Positions 13,240 through 27,273 of a stretch of 64,000 nucleotides of DNA are shown piece after piece (position 1 is the first letter of the stretch; each line of letters starts with the position of its first letter). Made by a program: the position numbers and the translations under genes. The notes beneath the pieces are model-generated. The model was not told the DNA's origin, made no database searches, and saw only the letters and a list, made by a program, of their open reading frames with translations. The stretch spans positions 176,330,001 through 176,394,000 of the forward strand of contig CM059425.1 in NCBI GenBank assembly GCA_030390025.1, read 5' to 3'. This DNA comes from Squalus acanthias (Eukaryota).

Positions 13240-14075
13240 CTTAGAATGGTTACAGCATGGAAGAAGGTCATTCGGCCCATCAAGCCCGTGCCGGTCTCTG
13301 CAAGAGCACTTCAGCTAGTCCCACTCTCCCGCCCTTTCCCTGTAGCTCTGCAAATTTTTTTCCTTCAGGTACTTATCCAACTCCCTTTTGAAAGCTGTGA
13401 TTGATTCTTCCTCCTCCACCCTTTCAGGCATTGCATTCCAGATCCTAACCACTCGCTGAGTAAAAACGTTTTTCCTCATGTCACCTTTGGTTCTTCTGCC
13501 AATCACCTCTGGTTCTTGACCCTTCTGCCAATGGGAACAGTTTCTCTCTATCTACTCTGTCCAGACCCCTCATGATTTTGAACAACTCTATCATATCTCC
13601 TCTCAATCTTCTCTGCTCTAAGGAGAACAACCCCAGCTTCTCTAGTCTATCCACATAACTGAAGTCCCTCACTCCTGGAATCATTCTTGTAAATCTTTTC
13701 TGCACCCTCTAAGGTCTTCACATCCTTCTAAAGTGCGATGCCCAGAATTGGACACAATACTCCAGTTGAGGCCGAACCAGTGTTTTATACAGGTTCATCA
13801 TAATTTCCACGCTTTTGTACTCTATGCCTTTATTGATGAAGCCCACGATCCCGTAAGCCATTTTAACTGCTCTCTCAACCTGCCCTACCACCTTCAACAA
13901 TTTGTGCACATATACCCCTAGGTCTCTCTGTTCATGGACCCCCTTTAGGATTGTACCCTTTAGTTTATATTTCCTCTCCTCATTCTTTCTACCAAAATGT
14001 ATCACTTCGCACTTTTCTGTGTTAAATTTCATCTGCCACGTGTCCGCCCATTCCACCAGCCTGTCTATGTCCTCT
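13240..14075 (-). mobile_element. CR1 LINE 3' fragment
   Basis: ORFs 13718-14098, 13481-13705 and 13315-13506 with LVRPQLEYCVQFW, SLEQRRLRGD and FTQRVV. Confidence 0.9.
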
Positions 14076-14450
14076 TCAACATTTGTATAAAACACCAAAA
14101 AATCAGAACTGTCTGATTTTAGGAAAGGGCATATAAAAAGAGAAACCTCTCTTCTGATGTTATTTTCTTATTGTGAGATAGCATGGAAAGGTTGTGGAGA
14201 TAAGGAGAGGAGCCAAACAGTTGCCAATCTGGAGAAACATCCAGTGGCCTTCAATTGACCCAAACCTTATTTACACTAATTCTGCACAGGGAATACTTGG
14301 TGCAGTGGTCTTAAAGGGACAGGCCAGTTTAACAGCTATAAATATAACAAAATCCACACCCACAAATGACCCATTAACAATACCAAAGATGATCAGCTGG
14401 TATTTGGATTTTTAAAAATTACAGCAAGCTACAACAAATAAATGTCTAAA

Positions 14451-14980
14451 GGGGAGAAATTGAGATAACTTTAGTGGTAACGAAAAAGTAGCACCGGGTG
14501 CTACGCCAGTGAATCCGATGCGAACTTTGTGTTTAGTGCGCCAGGAAGGCTAAATCAAGTGCTACCACTTCCCTTGGAGCGCTAAAGCCGGCAAGAGGGG
14601 CGGTAGCGGTGCAGCGCTGCCCAATGTCCCGTGCAGCGCTGCCGGGAACGGAGGCTCCTTCCCTGCCTTAAAGGGAAGGGCCATTGCTGCAGGCTCTGCA
14701 TTAAATCGACGTCCCTCGTCACCGACGGCAGCTGGAATCCGCGACGATCAGCCCCAAGCACTCTAACAAGTGCAGGGCTGATCAATCGTGGCACAGGAAA
14801 AAGTTGAAAAAACAACCTAAGGGGTGAAAACAAATTTTGCATTGACACAAGTGGCCTTACCTTTAAATACCGCTCCCCAAGCAGCCGGCCTCCCTAACAA
14901 CGCCTCCTGCAGCTGTCGGTGTTATCGCCCAGCGATGCTGCAGGGGGTGGAACCGAAGTTCGGATCCAGGGCGCTGCAAA
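14451..14980. mobile_element. Harbinger-type non-autonomous fragment (one terminus)
   Basis: Starts GGGGAGAAATT, like the TIR at 48677. Palindrome GTAGCACC-G-GGTGCTAC at 14488-14504. CpG-rich. No matching right terminus found. Confidence 0.5.
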
Positions 14981-15282
14981 TGCTGTACAGATCAAGGAAG
15001 TCTCGTATTCAATTCCTGGTCTATGCCGCATTTGATGACCACAGCCATATAATTGGTTTCAGTATCACAGGACTAGACTGTTGATACTACATTCACAAAA
15101 GGAAATGGAAATTGGTCAGATTGAGCCTTGAAGCATAACCTGGATGACAGTGAGAGTTGGATGGATTTTTCTCATTTCCATGTCCTTACATGTGAAATAA
15201 ACCTATTTTCTGAGTTGCAGTTGTTATCTAAAACTTTTTTTTTCTGGTAGCTATTCTGTTCATCGAATTAATCCTTAGTTCT

Positions 15283-16900
15283 TAAGAAATAGGAGCAGGA
15301 GTGGACCATACGGTCAATCGAGCCTGTTCCATCATTCAATAAGATCATGGTTGAACTTCTACGTCAACTCCACTTTCCCGCCCTATCCCCATATCCCTTG
15401 ATTCTCTTAGTGTCCAAAAATCTATCGGTCTCAGTCTTGAATATACTCAACGACTGAGAATCCACAACCCACTGGGTAGAGAATTGCAAAGATTCACAAC
15501 CCTCTGAGTGAAGAAGTTTCTCCTCATCTCATTCCTAAATGGACGACCCATTATCCTGAGGCTATGATCCCTAGTTCTAGACTCTCCAGCCAGGGTAAAC
15601 AGCCTCTCAACATCTATCCTGTCAAGCCCTCTAAGAATTTTAAACATTTCAATGAGATCACCTCTCATTCTTCTAAACTCCAGAGAATATGAGCCCATTC
15701 TACTCAATCTCTCCTCATAGGAAAGCCGTCTCAGCCCAGGAATTAATCTAGTGAACCTGTGTTGCACCCCCTCTAAGGCAAGTATATCCTTCCTTAGGTA
15801 AGGAGACCAAAACTATACACAGTACTCCAGGTGTGGTCTCACCAAAGCCCTATATAATTGCAGTAAGACTTCCTTATTCTTATACTCCAACCCCCTTGCA
15901 ATAAAGGCTAACATACCATTTGCCTTCCTAATTGCCTACTGTACCTGCATGTTAACTTTCTGTGATTTGTGTACAAGGACCCCCAAATCCCTCTGAATAA
16001 CAACATTTACTAGGCTTTCACCAGCTGAAAAATATTTTGCTTTTCCATTCTTCCTACCAAAGTGGATAATTTCCCCATATTATACTCCATCTGCCACCTT
16101 CTTCCCCAATTACTTTGCAGCATTTTTGCATCCTCCTCACAGCTTACTTTCCCACCTAACTTCATATCATCAGCAAACTTGGATATATTACACTCGATCG
16201 CCTCATCCAAATCATTGATCTAGATTGTAAATAGCTGAGGTCCAAGCACTGATCCTTGCGGCACCCCACTAGTTACACCCTGCCATCCTGAAAATGACCT
16301 GTTTATTCCTACTAACTGTTTTCTGTCCATTAACCAATCCTCTATCCATACTAGTATATTACCCCCAATCTGATGAGCCCTAATCTTGTGTAACAACCTC
16401 TTGTATGGCACCTTATCGAATGTCTTTTGGAAATCCAAATATACTACATCCACTGGTTCTCCCTTATCTACCCTGCTAGTTACACCCTCAAAAAACACTA
16501 ATAGATTTGTCAAACACAATTTCCCTTTCATAAAACCGTATTGACACTGCCTAATCATATTATGATTTTCCAAGTGCCCTGTTACCACGTCTTTAATAAT
16601 AGATTCTAGCATTTCCCTACTATTGATGTCAGGCTAACTGGCCTATAGTTCCCTGTTTTTTCTCTCGCCCTCCCTGATGCATCACAATGTCTGCACCTCG
16701 GACTCCAGCTCAATAACTCTGAGCCGAAGTTCCTCGAGTTGCAGACACTTACTGCAGATGTGGTTGCCTGGGATCACACTGCTCTCAACAAACTCCCACA
16801 TGCTGCAGATGCGGCACACATCCTGCATTGCCATCTCTATTTAACCTTGTTTTACATATTTAATTAATTAAAGTTTTATGTAATTCATTCACTTGGTTTA
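15283..16900 (-). mobile_element. Internally deleted CR1 LINE: ORF1 N-terminus fused to the RT half of ORF2
   Basis: 16834-16682 (-) translates MAMQDVCRICSMWEFVESSVIPGNHICSKCLQLEELRLRVIELESEVQTL*, a CxxC..CxxC plus leucine-zipper pattern typical of vertebrate CR1 ORF1. It joins at ~16670 to GNYRPVSL and RT ORFs 16220-16612, 16010-16210 and 15447-15767. The 5' boundary is approximate. Confidence 0.85.
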
Positions 16901-18817
16901 TTTTTAAGAAATTAATTTAACTAAAAAGAGCACCTGCTTCCCCCCCCCTGCACCAAATTCTGACTCTCTCAAAATTCTCAACTTCCCACTCTGTTTACAA
17001 TGTGCTCCGTTAACGTTGTGATCTGTGCCTTAGCTCAGGCACCCAGTATCATTATCAACATTCCTGGGTCAAATGCATGGCTAGATTTGAGGGTAGATTT
17101 TACAAGGCTCTACCAGTAGCCTAGACCCTCACTGATAGTGACTTGAGGCATAAAATCAGGTGCACAACCTCACATGATTAATTTACTGAACTCCTCTTTT
17201 CACGATACATGATTTTGGGGGCAGAATGAAGTTTGCTGAGGCAAACACGAGCCTCATTAACTTAGAATATTTAATCCTCCGTAATGTTTGGGGCCTTTCA
17301 AAAGTACTCAAACAACTAACGGCAGTTCTCAACTGGTATGTGCTTCACTGAGGCCTTCTAAGCACATAGGGTTTAATTCCTGGGTAGCATGGGAATTTCC
17401 CCTGACACACTGCCCTGATATGGGGGGTGGGGGTGGAAATTCTGCCCATAGCCCCCCTGCCACCTCTCCCACAAGAAAATGGCTGTAATGAAAGAAAACA
17501 AAACCGGGTTCTTCCCCAAACAGGACTCCACCCTTTGCTCTTGATTGGACCAGAATTTTGAAGGTGTTGTCTTTTTGTAATTTCCAGAAAAATGTTGCTC
17601 CAATTGATTTCATACATTGATTCGGTTTTTTTCTGGGTGGTCTTCCTAATTTTTTTTTCTGCCAGTGCTTTTCTTCACTGATTGTTTGGTGCTTCTATTC
17701 CCATACGAAGTGGGATGGGGAATCCTTTGGAAATTCCAAAAGCGTTGTGTGATTTGGATGAAGAAGAAAAGGAATGTTTTTTAGAAGATCCGGGCTAACC
17801 AATGCATTAATAGCTATTAACTCACCCAAAAAAAAACAACAGCAGAAGAATTCCTCCTATTGAAGTAGTTTTCTGCTACCATCAAATTGTCCCCTTTAAT
17901 AGAGAGCTGCAGCCATTTAAATGCTGTTTTCTTGCTAGATGTTACACCTCCCCAAGCATTCTCAGTAAGCTTTTCACATGCCAGTACATCATTCAAATTA
18001 GATTGAGGGGGAAATTCCCAATTCAAAAATTCAGTGCAGTCCGCCGCTGCATTGCCAATGCAGGTGAGCCTAAGCCAACTCAACCCCATCTTGGTCATTT
18101 TCACAAAATCAGGGCTATTAAGTAAAACTTCCTCCAGTCTGCCTCAATATGGTGCTTCTATCCCAACTTCAGAAAAGAATGCTCTACTGCACCAGTGTGA
18201 CATTTTCCATTTCCCACACCAGTCATCTCAACTTATTTTATAAAATCACAAGATGATTGAACACTTATTGAACAGTTGGTCAGACAATAGGTAAGTTTTC
18301 TATTATAATGGCATAATAAAATATATATATGTGAATGTACACTTCTGAGAATTAAATTAATGAAAAAGATTGACCCCCATTCTGACTGAATTTTAACTAG
18401 GAAGTATAATTTTGCTTTGAAGTTTGTCTTTCTTTTGGTTGGAAGCAGTATGCCTACCTTAGCTACACCGACAATATAATTAGAAATGAATCCCAAATCA
18501 GTTCTCCCATTTCCAGTTACTAACACTATGGTTACAGTTGATCAACCTTCTTTTGCGAAATTATGTTTGTTAGAGTGCAGTCAGACTAGTGTAATGTGCT
18601 CTCCAGGGTGCTGAAGCTGGTGCCAATGCAGTGAGGAACTGCATCTGATAACAAGGATGTGATTTGCCTCAAAGATCTTTCACACGTTTAAGTATTGACT
18701 TTGCAAGACAAACATAAGATATCATGCTTTTCTCATGAATTGTCTATGAAAGGTACAAAAAGTAATTAAGCTGGTTTCCTGGTACTGCAGCCAAAGCAAA
18801 ATTAACTATGGAAGTTA

Positions 18818-20564
18818 GGCCGCGATTTTACTAACCTCGGTGGGTCTGTGTCGGGCGACGTCAGTGACGGGTCCCGACCCCGCTGCTGTATCTCTCCTGG
18901 CCTCTGAAATGAATTTCCCTTGATTGGGCTTGTTAAGCCCGCCCAGCGCATTTGACGGTCAATTAGAGGAAGCGGGTCTGGTGACATCATTTGATGACAT
19001 GTCATCAGCTGGTTTCCTTAAAGTGACCATGGCCAACTTTATTTTGACATTTGTGCTGTCAATGTTCCACAGCATTGAGGTGCTGCAAACACTGACAAGC
19101 ACTGTACAGAGGTGCAGGGCTGCACCCAAGTTCTCCCATGAGGGGGGAGTCACAGTACGCAGAGAGGTCCTCTTCCCTTCCCATGGGCGGAAGACACCTC
19201 CCCAGGAGATCAACACAGCCTGATTGTACATTGCAGAGGAGGGCACAAGCAGGGATGTAATCAGGAGGACCAGGCTGCAGTGCCACAAACGTTTCAATGA
19301 TCTCAGTAGATCACGAAACGTTAGTACAAAGCCACACTCAACCTCATCCTGCTGTGCTTCTCATCACATCCCCATCACTCTGCCTTCCCTACCCTACTCC
19401 TGCACATCCGTACACCAACTTACCTTGCACCTCCACCCATTCCTCACTATCTACATTATCACATCCCCATCTCACTAGCCACCCCTCACACTCACCCTCA
19501 TCCTAGTACAATCATACCAACTAACAACACACAAGGGTAGGCACTTGGGTGTTTTATGCAATGTTGATGTAAAGTTTCTGTTAATGTATTGTCAAACAAT
19601 GAAATCTTTATTTTCAACACTTTGTGTTCTTGGATAGATTTGTGTGCACCTTTGGAACTGGCTTAGTGAGTTGCAGTGAATGGTGAGACATAACGGTACT
19701 CCCCGCAATGGTGCTGAGTGTGAAAGGAATGGCTTGGGAATTGTAGAGATGCCTTATGGTGTTAGTGTGGGGTGGTGCCAACCTGGTGCATCATGTGGCA
19801 GCCAGGGTGTACAGCGTCAAGTGAAGTAAATCTGGCCATGGTGAGGCCATCCTGGCATCCCGAGCAGCAACGTGGTCGGGTGCTGATGCCCTGTGACCTG
19901 TGCAGCATCAGGTGATTGTGGAGAAGGTTGGTGGTGTTGTTGTTGGTGCTGCTGGTGTGCCTGATTCTGCTGGTGTTGGGGCTGATCGTGGTGGGATTCT
20001 GAGGACCAAGCTGAAAGAGTTTCAAGGGCACCGATGCTGATGGAATAGATGGCAGGTGAAGTAGAGATGACAGAAGCGGTCTGTCAACGGTGGGAGAGGT
20101 AATGAGGTCAGACTGAATGGAGACTTGTGTAAAGACTTGCAGCATCCTGAATCTGTAGTGGAAATGTAGTTTAGAGAAGCTAGTGATTAAGGGAACATAT
20201 CTCAATCAGCTGGGAGCTTTGACTTGACATTTGAAGCTGTCAACTCATCAGCTGATTCAATGGCCACTGACCTCCCGCCTCAGCTTCACAGACCTCGGCA
20301 CAGCGAGAAACCAGAGGGCGACCTGTCAAATCCAAAAATCTGGGCAAAAATGATTGATAAGTGGCTGTAAACAAGCCAGTAATAATTTTAATTGCCTCCC
20401 CCGCCGCTGCCTGTCGGGTCTGCTCAGCACTGACAGATCTGACATTTGGTAAAGGTGCGTGGCGTCGGGTTCACAGCGGGGTCCTGACCCTTTGGGGAAA
20501 AAAAATACTTTCCCACCCGACCCGCCCCCGATTGCGCCCGCTGACCCCCCGGAAAATCCAGCCC
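18818..20564. mobile_element. Harbinger-derived element (second family) with a Myb/SANT exon remnant
   Basis: Imperfect TIRs GGCCGCGATTTTAC / GGAAAATCCAGCCC (10/14), flanks TTA and TAA. RAAPKFS...RREVLFP...LQCHKRFNDL on + at ~19115-19320. Confidence 0.7.
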
Positions 20565-22164
20565 TAAGAGTTTGGTGCAAATGAGGGGGATGCATGCTCT
20601 TCAAAAAATATAAATGCAGTACAGGCCTTCAGAAATAATGTTTTACAGAGCTGACAACTCATATTAATGCACGCCTCAAAGGAACCGTAATTAGTGCTCC
20701 TCTGGGTAAAAATGTTAACATTGTAATCTTCCTAACAAAAATCTGCCAATTAAAGTGTGTTTTTTAAAATTCTAATTAAAAGTAAACAGAGTTGCACTCC
20801 TGTTACATTGCCATTTTGCATGTGGGTGGGTTGAGCAGACTCTCGCTATGTGTTCTCACCCAGCTGTAGCCTGATCCCATTTATTAGGCAGTGTACAGTA
20901 AAGTGATAGATACAGAAAATCACTATCATGTTTTTCATTAGATCTGATCTGGGGGAAGGCAAGCCTGTGTTCTTTTCATGCAAACAATTGATTTGAGAAA
21001 ATAAAATACATTTTAACACTGTTTTGAAAAGAGTGCAGTGAGTTTCAATTTTATACCAAGTATAGGGAACAACTGAAAAAGAGGTAGATGAAGGAGAAAA
21101 TGCTGCACAATCTCATTCTGGCCATAAATGTATCTCAGAATCAATTGCATAATTTATCAAAGCAATTGTCTTATTTCACATTTATAGATCACAGATTGGC
21201 AAAATACAATGCACTGCACAGTGCATGCATGGAGATTTTCTGGGATGTGTGCCCAAGTACACTAGATCATCTGGGTAGAGCAGATAATGGAAAATCAGAC
21301 TGCTTGGAGTGCACATCTATAAAGAAAAATGCCTGGTTTGCCTCATCGGGCTTTCCCCTTTATACTCCAACCCATCTGAATTTCCAGTATTCACTGCGCT
21401 CAGATGATCCAGTGTACCCGGTCACAGACCCTGGAAAATATCCTCGAACATTTTATGTAAATACTGCTCCCTTTTTATTATATTTTTGGAATTTTAAATT
21501 TATCAAAGTGAGAAATAACATTACTGGATAATGGAACATTTCCATTTTTGGCACCAAGCATAACGTTTTCCCAGCTCATGTATAGCATAGACCAGCTGAA
21601 GGATAACATTCTTTCTATTCCATGCCAATAATGGCCCTTAAACCCAAGCTCAGAAAAGTATCAGTAAGCATGTTTTCCATTACCCCCTACCCCCCATCAG
21701 TAATTCTTATAAACCTCTCTGAGCAAAATAGCTAATATGCCAATTTGTGTGCTGAATTATTTATACTTACTAGGAACTGGATTGAAACTATCCAAACTTG
21801 TTTTACTTTGGCCCCTTATAAAAAGTGTTCACTTTTTGCTGAAGTTAGCATTGATATAGCACCAGTGTTTATGCATATAAACACAATTAGTACATCTCCT
21901 ATGGCAATGCCCACAGGTAGTCCAGGACCTAAGTGTGGCTTCTGTTGTTCATCCTACTGTTGCCTGAATATAATACAGCAAATTTACTGAAACAATACCT
22001 CAAATGACTGACATGAGGCAAAAATATTATACACCTCATTGATACTGAAAGACACAGGGCCTCACAGACAATACTATCGACTTGGCACTTTGCTTAAGTT
22101 GCAAGTAAGCTTTTGTTCTTTCATTCCTAAAATCCCTTATTCCCAGTTATTTATATATATATTT

Positions 22165-22525
22165 TTTATATTCGTTTATGGGATGTGGGCATTGCTGGCA
22201 TGGCCAGCATTTATTGCCTATCCCTAATTGCCCTTGAGAAGGTGGTGGTGAGCCGCCTTCTTGAATCGCTGCAGTCCGTGTGGTGAGGGTACTCCCACAG
22301 CACTGTTAGGGAGGGAGTTCCAGGATTTTTACTCAGTGACGATGAAGAATCGGTGATATACTTCTAAGTCAGGATGATGTGTGACTTGGAGGGGAACTTG
22401 GAGGTGGTGGTGTTCCCATGCGCATGCTGCCCTTGTCCGTCTAGGTAGAAGAGGTCGCAAGTTTGGGAGGTGCTGCCGAAGAAGCCTTGGCGAGTTGCTG
22501 CAGTGCATCTTGTAGATGGTACTGC
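22165..22525 (-). mobile_element. LINE family X 3' fragment
   Basis: Reverse complement of 5475-5830 (GGGATGTGGGC...ATTGCCCTTGAGAAGGTGGTGGTGAG). Confidence 0.9.
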
Positions 22526-24104
22526 AGCATATATATTTTTGCTCTACCTCCTGTGGTGGATTTGCAATATTTGCTTAACAGGCAAGCACTTTATTGATAT
22601 GTTCTTTGTTATCTCAATGGTGAAACAGTACACCAGAGATGTTTTTCCCACAAAGATTCTCCAATGATCAGCGCCTTGAACAGTAGATATTCACTATGTT
22701 TTTGGCCTGGATGACCGACTGACTGACAAAATCTACAATGTCTTAAGTCTGCAAAGTGCTTCAAAAACATTCCCCTCTGGCCCTGGTACATCCATCATTT
22801 CCCCTCAGTGACTCAAAAAACCTCATCCACAACACTGTTAGCTCAGAAGTGTTAGTTAATGGCTGACGGTATATAAAATGCTAAACATTCTTTTTTTTAA
22901 TTTTTGTTTCTCATTGTTGTAAACTTTTTGTCTCATTGTTATGTGACATGTTTTCTTGCTGCACTCTGCTATTGTAGCTTCACAGGAGCTGTGTTACTGC
23001 GTTGCATTTAGTCAATGATATCTTTCAAGCAAATTAGTGTTGATCACTTAACAGTGAGATGCTGCAGTGCAACTACTGGTGTAAAGGTGGAAAAGGCTGA
23101 CAGGAAGTGTGCACAGATGCAAGATTTTTATTGAGATATAGATAGATATCAAATTAAGTATTACATAAAAATAAGGACAGAATGTAAGACATTAAAATGA
23201 TGGCTGAGTTATGTGTGTGCGCCCTGCTCCAATTATTCTGTGCCCTCTAATTTTACTACATTTTTCCTAATATTTCTTGACATACTTCAAAATCAGTGAA
23301 GTGTAAATACAAATATTAAGCTATAGTTGATATTTTGACTCAGTTCCCCAAGTGACTGAGCTAATTGATCAGTTCATCAGTTTACTTTGACATTATTAAA
23401 TACATTGTGCACTTCCAGAGTACATCATTTTAACACTAAATAATGGGAAAACTCGATCATAAAATATAAAACAAATTATCAACCTTCAGCAACACCAAAC
23501 ACGGAATGAGTTCCAAAATCATAAACAAACAGTCAGTAGTAGCATCAGTGTCAAGGCCACAACTGAATTACTTAGTTTACGCCTGGAAAGTGGAAAATCA
23601 TTTACCTCTCACCATCTGATGATTTTTCCCTACTAAGTAGGGAAGCCTTTCACATATGTCTTGTAAAACCAATGAGATTGTAGTATCACGGTACCATGCT
23701 TGAAATTTGAGCTTTGTACCATTTCAGATATTTATATAAAGGTATAGAATAGTTGACATAAGGTAGTACTTTTATATGCTAAGTTTTCTCCATGGCTTCA
23801 GAGCTCTTTCTATCTTCATTGTTGCTGAAGTTTGATTTTTGTCCCCCAGGATGTTTAGGTTCATTATCTCAACTGATGTCAGTCACCTGGAGCTGATGAT
23901 ATCATACATCAAATTGTCCTGAAAAAAACCCTCCAAAAACATTGACATTAATAGGATGTCCATCGTTCTGTCCATGAAAATCCTGCCAGCAGAAAATAAA
24001 AAAACCACAGGAAACCCAATGTGGAAAAGGTAATAAGGTAATAAATCACAATATTTCTGTATAATATACAAGAGTAATATTTTCTTTTGCTGACAATAGA
24101 ATGT

Positions 24105-24220
24105 AAGAAAGGCAGTCTTGCATTTATATAGTACCTTTTACAACCTCAGGATGTCCTAAAGCGATTTACAACCAATGAAGTACTTTTGAAGTGTAATCAC
24201 TGTTATAATGTAGGAATGCA
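24105..24220 (-). mobile_element. Deu-domain SINE 3' tail fragment
   Basis: Reverse complement of 37835-37950 (CTTGCATTTATATAG...TACTTTTGAAGTGTA). Confidence 0.75.
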
Positions 24221-24518
24221 GTGTGATGTTTTGAAGTTGGGATGATGGTGGTAAAATGATAGTTAACTATCTCATCTCAACTCCTGGCAGTGCTGCTTTG
24301 CAACACACGCTAGACTTTATCTAATCTTATATATAAAATGTACACACTGAACTTCCCAGTATCAAATCTTTAAACAAAAAGAAACTTTGCCATTTTAAAT
24401 TGACCCACAAGGCATCATGTATCTTCTTGACTAGAAGTAATGTCACATTAATATATATTTTCGCCTTTTTTAGTGTACAGCTCAATTATCGCTGCATCCA
24501 AATTTCTTCTGACACAAC

Positions 24519-25542
24519 GGCCGCGATTTTGCCTTCCGAGGCGGGTCCGGGGAGGCCTGGGTCAGTGGCGGGTTGCAACCCCGCTGCTGGCTCCATCCCG
24601 CTCTGTGAAAAGAATTTTACATTGATTGGGCTTGTTAAGTCTGCCCAGCACGTCACCCGGCCAATTGAAGGAAGCGGGTTTGATGTCGTCACTTGATGAC
24701 GCGTCATCAGCCGGTTTCCTTAAAGGGACCATGCGCAAATTGTTTTTGACATTTGTGCTGTCAGTGTTCTACCGCATTGAGGTGCTGTAAACGCTGCACC
24801 CAGGCTCTCCCACGACTCCCTCCATATGATCATGGAGGGAGTCACAGCACACAGGGTGGTCCTCTTCCCTTCCCATGAGTGAGAGACCTCCCCAGGAGAT
24901 CAACACAGCCTGGTTGCACATTGCACAGGAGGGCACAAGCAGGGATGTCATCAGGAGACCAGGCTGCAGTGGCGCAAACCTTTCAATAATCTCAGTAGAT
25001 CACGAAACGTTACTGCAAAGCCACACTCAACCTCACCCTGCTGTGCCACTCATCACATCCCCATTGCTCTGCCTTCCCTACCCTACTCCTGCACATCCTT
25101 ACTCACACCTACTTACCTTGCACCTCCACCCATCCCTCTCTATCTATATTATTACATCTCCATCTCACTAGCCACCCCTCACATCCTAGTCCAATCATAC
25201 CAACTAACAACACACAAGGGTAGCCACTTGGGTGTTTTAGCCAATGTTCATGTGAAGTTTCTGTTAATGTGCTGTCAAACATTGAAATCTTTATTTTCAA
25301 CACTTTGCGTTCTTGGCTAGATTTGTGTGCACCTTTGGAAGTGGCTTAGTGAGTTGCAGTGAATGGTGAGACATAACGGTACCCCCGCAATGCTGATGAG
25401 TGTGAAAGGAATGGCTTGGGCATTGTAGGGATGCTTTATGGTGTTGGTGTGGGGTGGTGCCAACCTGGCGCATCATGTGGCAGCCAGGGTGTACAGCGTC
25501 AAGTGAAGTAAAACTGGCCATGGTGAGGCCATCCCTGGCCAC
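24519..25542. mobile_element. Truncated second copy of the 18818-20564 Harbinger-derived element
   Basis: Same left end GGCCGCGATTTT. Colinear with 18818-19858 (CCCAGGAGATCAACACAGCC, GTGAGACATAACGGTAC). Confidence 0.8.
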
Positions 25543-27215
25543 CCATTATAGAAACCGCCCGTCTCTCTTGTAATTGTCTTTCTGCTTATTTTCTACTCAT
25601 AATTCTTTCTGTATCCTTTTCTTTCTCTGTATGCCTTTTTCATACTTTCTCATTGTTGTCTTTTCCTCCCCCTCTTTCTGTCTCCTCCCTTCTGTATGTC
25701 TTCCACTTTTCATTCCTCCCATGTGTGTAATCTCTCTTTTGTTCTGCATGTATCTCCTTATCTCTCTATGCCTCGCTCTCATTTATCTCTAACAGCTTCA
25801 TTAGAATTAATATATTGAATGAATTTGGAGAAAATTACATTTTTCAATTTTACAGAAAGAGGCCATTAAAGTACAATTGATTTTTTAATAGAAAGTAATA
25901 TCACAAATTGAATAACCGTGGAAAGAAATGGTGCAGACAAAAATCACTGTCAATTAAGTATTACATTTAAATATTCGTGCATTATTTCAGTAAGAAAGCT
26001 AAAATGTTACAAGAGTTTGTCAATTTTGTACAAGATATCAAGGAATCTTTATATTGTAGACATGGATTATTTTTGAGCTTCTAATTTGAATAAGTTATTT
26101 ATTTCCTGCATTTTGGGAGGGTATATTATGTAGAAAGATGTTTGAATGTATAATTCCGAGTATTAAAAATGTGAAAAAGTGAAGTGTTATAATTAATGCT
26201 CAACAATTAATGGACAGCAGGGGAGCTACAGACTGTGAATTGGGCATGTTACTTGACTGACAGTGGGAATTTGTATTTGAGAAGAGGAATTAATAGTAAA
26301 CAAGTTTCTGTGTAAATTAAGTAAATCATTGCATCATTTGAGATTCATAAAGATCGGCAAGATAAGCATGGATGACGGAGGTCATTTGGTTCATCTAGCT
26401 CATCGTTCTATTAAAATTCACAATTAGCAGCCCCTATGACAGAGTATTTAGCTTCCTCTTGAATGTCTCCAGAGTTTTAGCCTCCACTGCCCTACCAGAA
26501 GGACCATTTAGGTTTATGATCACTCTTTGCATGAAGAAAGGTTTCCTACCATCAGGGGGACAATATCAGCATACATAAATCATAGTCTTATTTTCTCTTT
26601 CACAATACATGTCCTTCAACTTAATGAGGATAATTTTAACTTTCAGCAGTAATGCAAAAGGAGCAATATCGGATTGGCTGCCCATTATACACCATGCCTA
26701 ATCCACCATCACCCGTTTTGCACCTCCACCGAAGTTGAACTTTACCTCCAATGAATCTTAACAATGTTGCTGTGCCCTAAGAAACCTAAATATTTATTAG
26801 CTGTCCTCTTTGCAGTCAGACTGTTCCATTTACAACTTATGGACATGCCTACATTGAGATGTCAGGTGGATTAACTCACCAATTCTGAATGAGGGTTTGT
26901 GCTGCTGTATCTCAAGCAATCATTATTTGAATAGTATGGACCCGTGTCAAATATATAGCCGCTGTTCAAATTATACAAATGCAGTTTTCATAACTGTTTA
27001 CTAGGAAAGCTGGTCCAAATGCCAAAGATTTATAAAATACTCAACATCACAACAATTGAATTCTATAATAACAATGAACTTAATATTTTTTGGTGTGAGC
27101 TAGAGCTCCCAACAAGATCCAATCACCCAGATCACATCTGCAAAAAATGCCAGAAACCTATTGGAAGCCAAAGGTTTTGTGGAAAGGTCCTACCTCCACA
27201 AACAGAGCAGTAGAC

Positions 27216-27273
27216 AGGCCCAAGGCCGTCCGAGAGAGGGAAGGCCTAAGGCCGTCCGAGAGAGGGAAGGCCT
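27216..27273. repeat. 26-bp tandem repeat, about 2.2 units
   Basis: AGGCC(C/T)AAGGCCGTCCGAGAGAGGGA at 27216 and 27242, with a partial third copy at 27268. Confidence 0.85.

Noticed and set aside
17091..17447. Old MITE with GGGTAGATTTT / GAAATTCTGCCC ends
   Set aside because: Termini only loosely inverted and no TSD; not supportable.
21088..21531. 147-aa ORF in unique sequence
   Set aside because: No recognisable domain, AT-rich composition and no splice support; likely a chance ORF.
27216..27273. CRISPR-like repeat
   Set aside because: Adjacent units without spacers; a simple tandem duplication.
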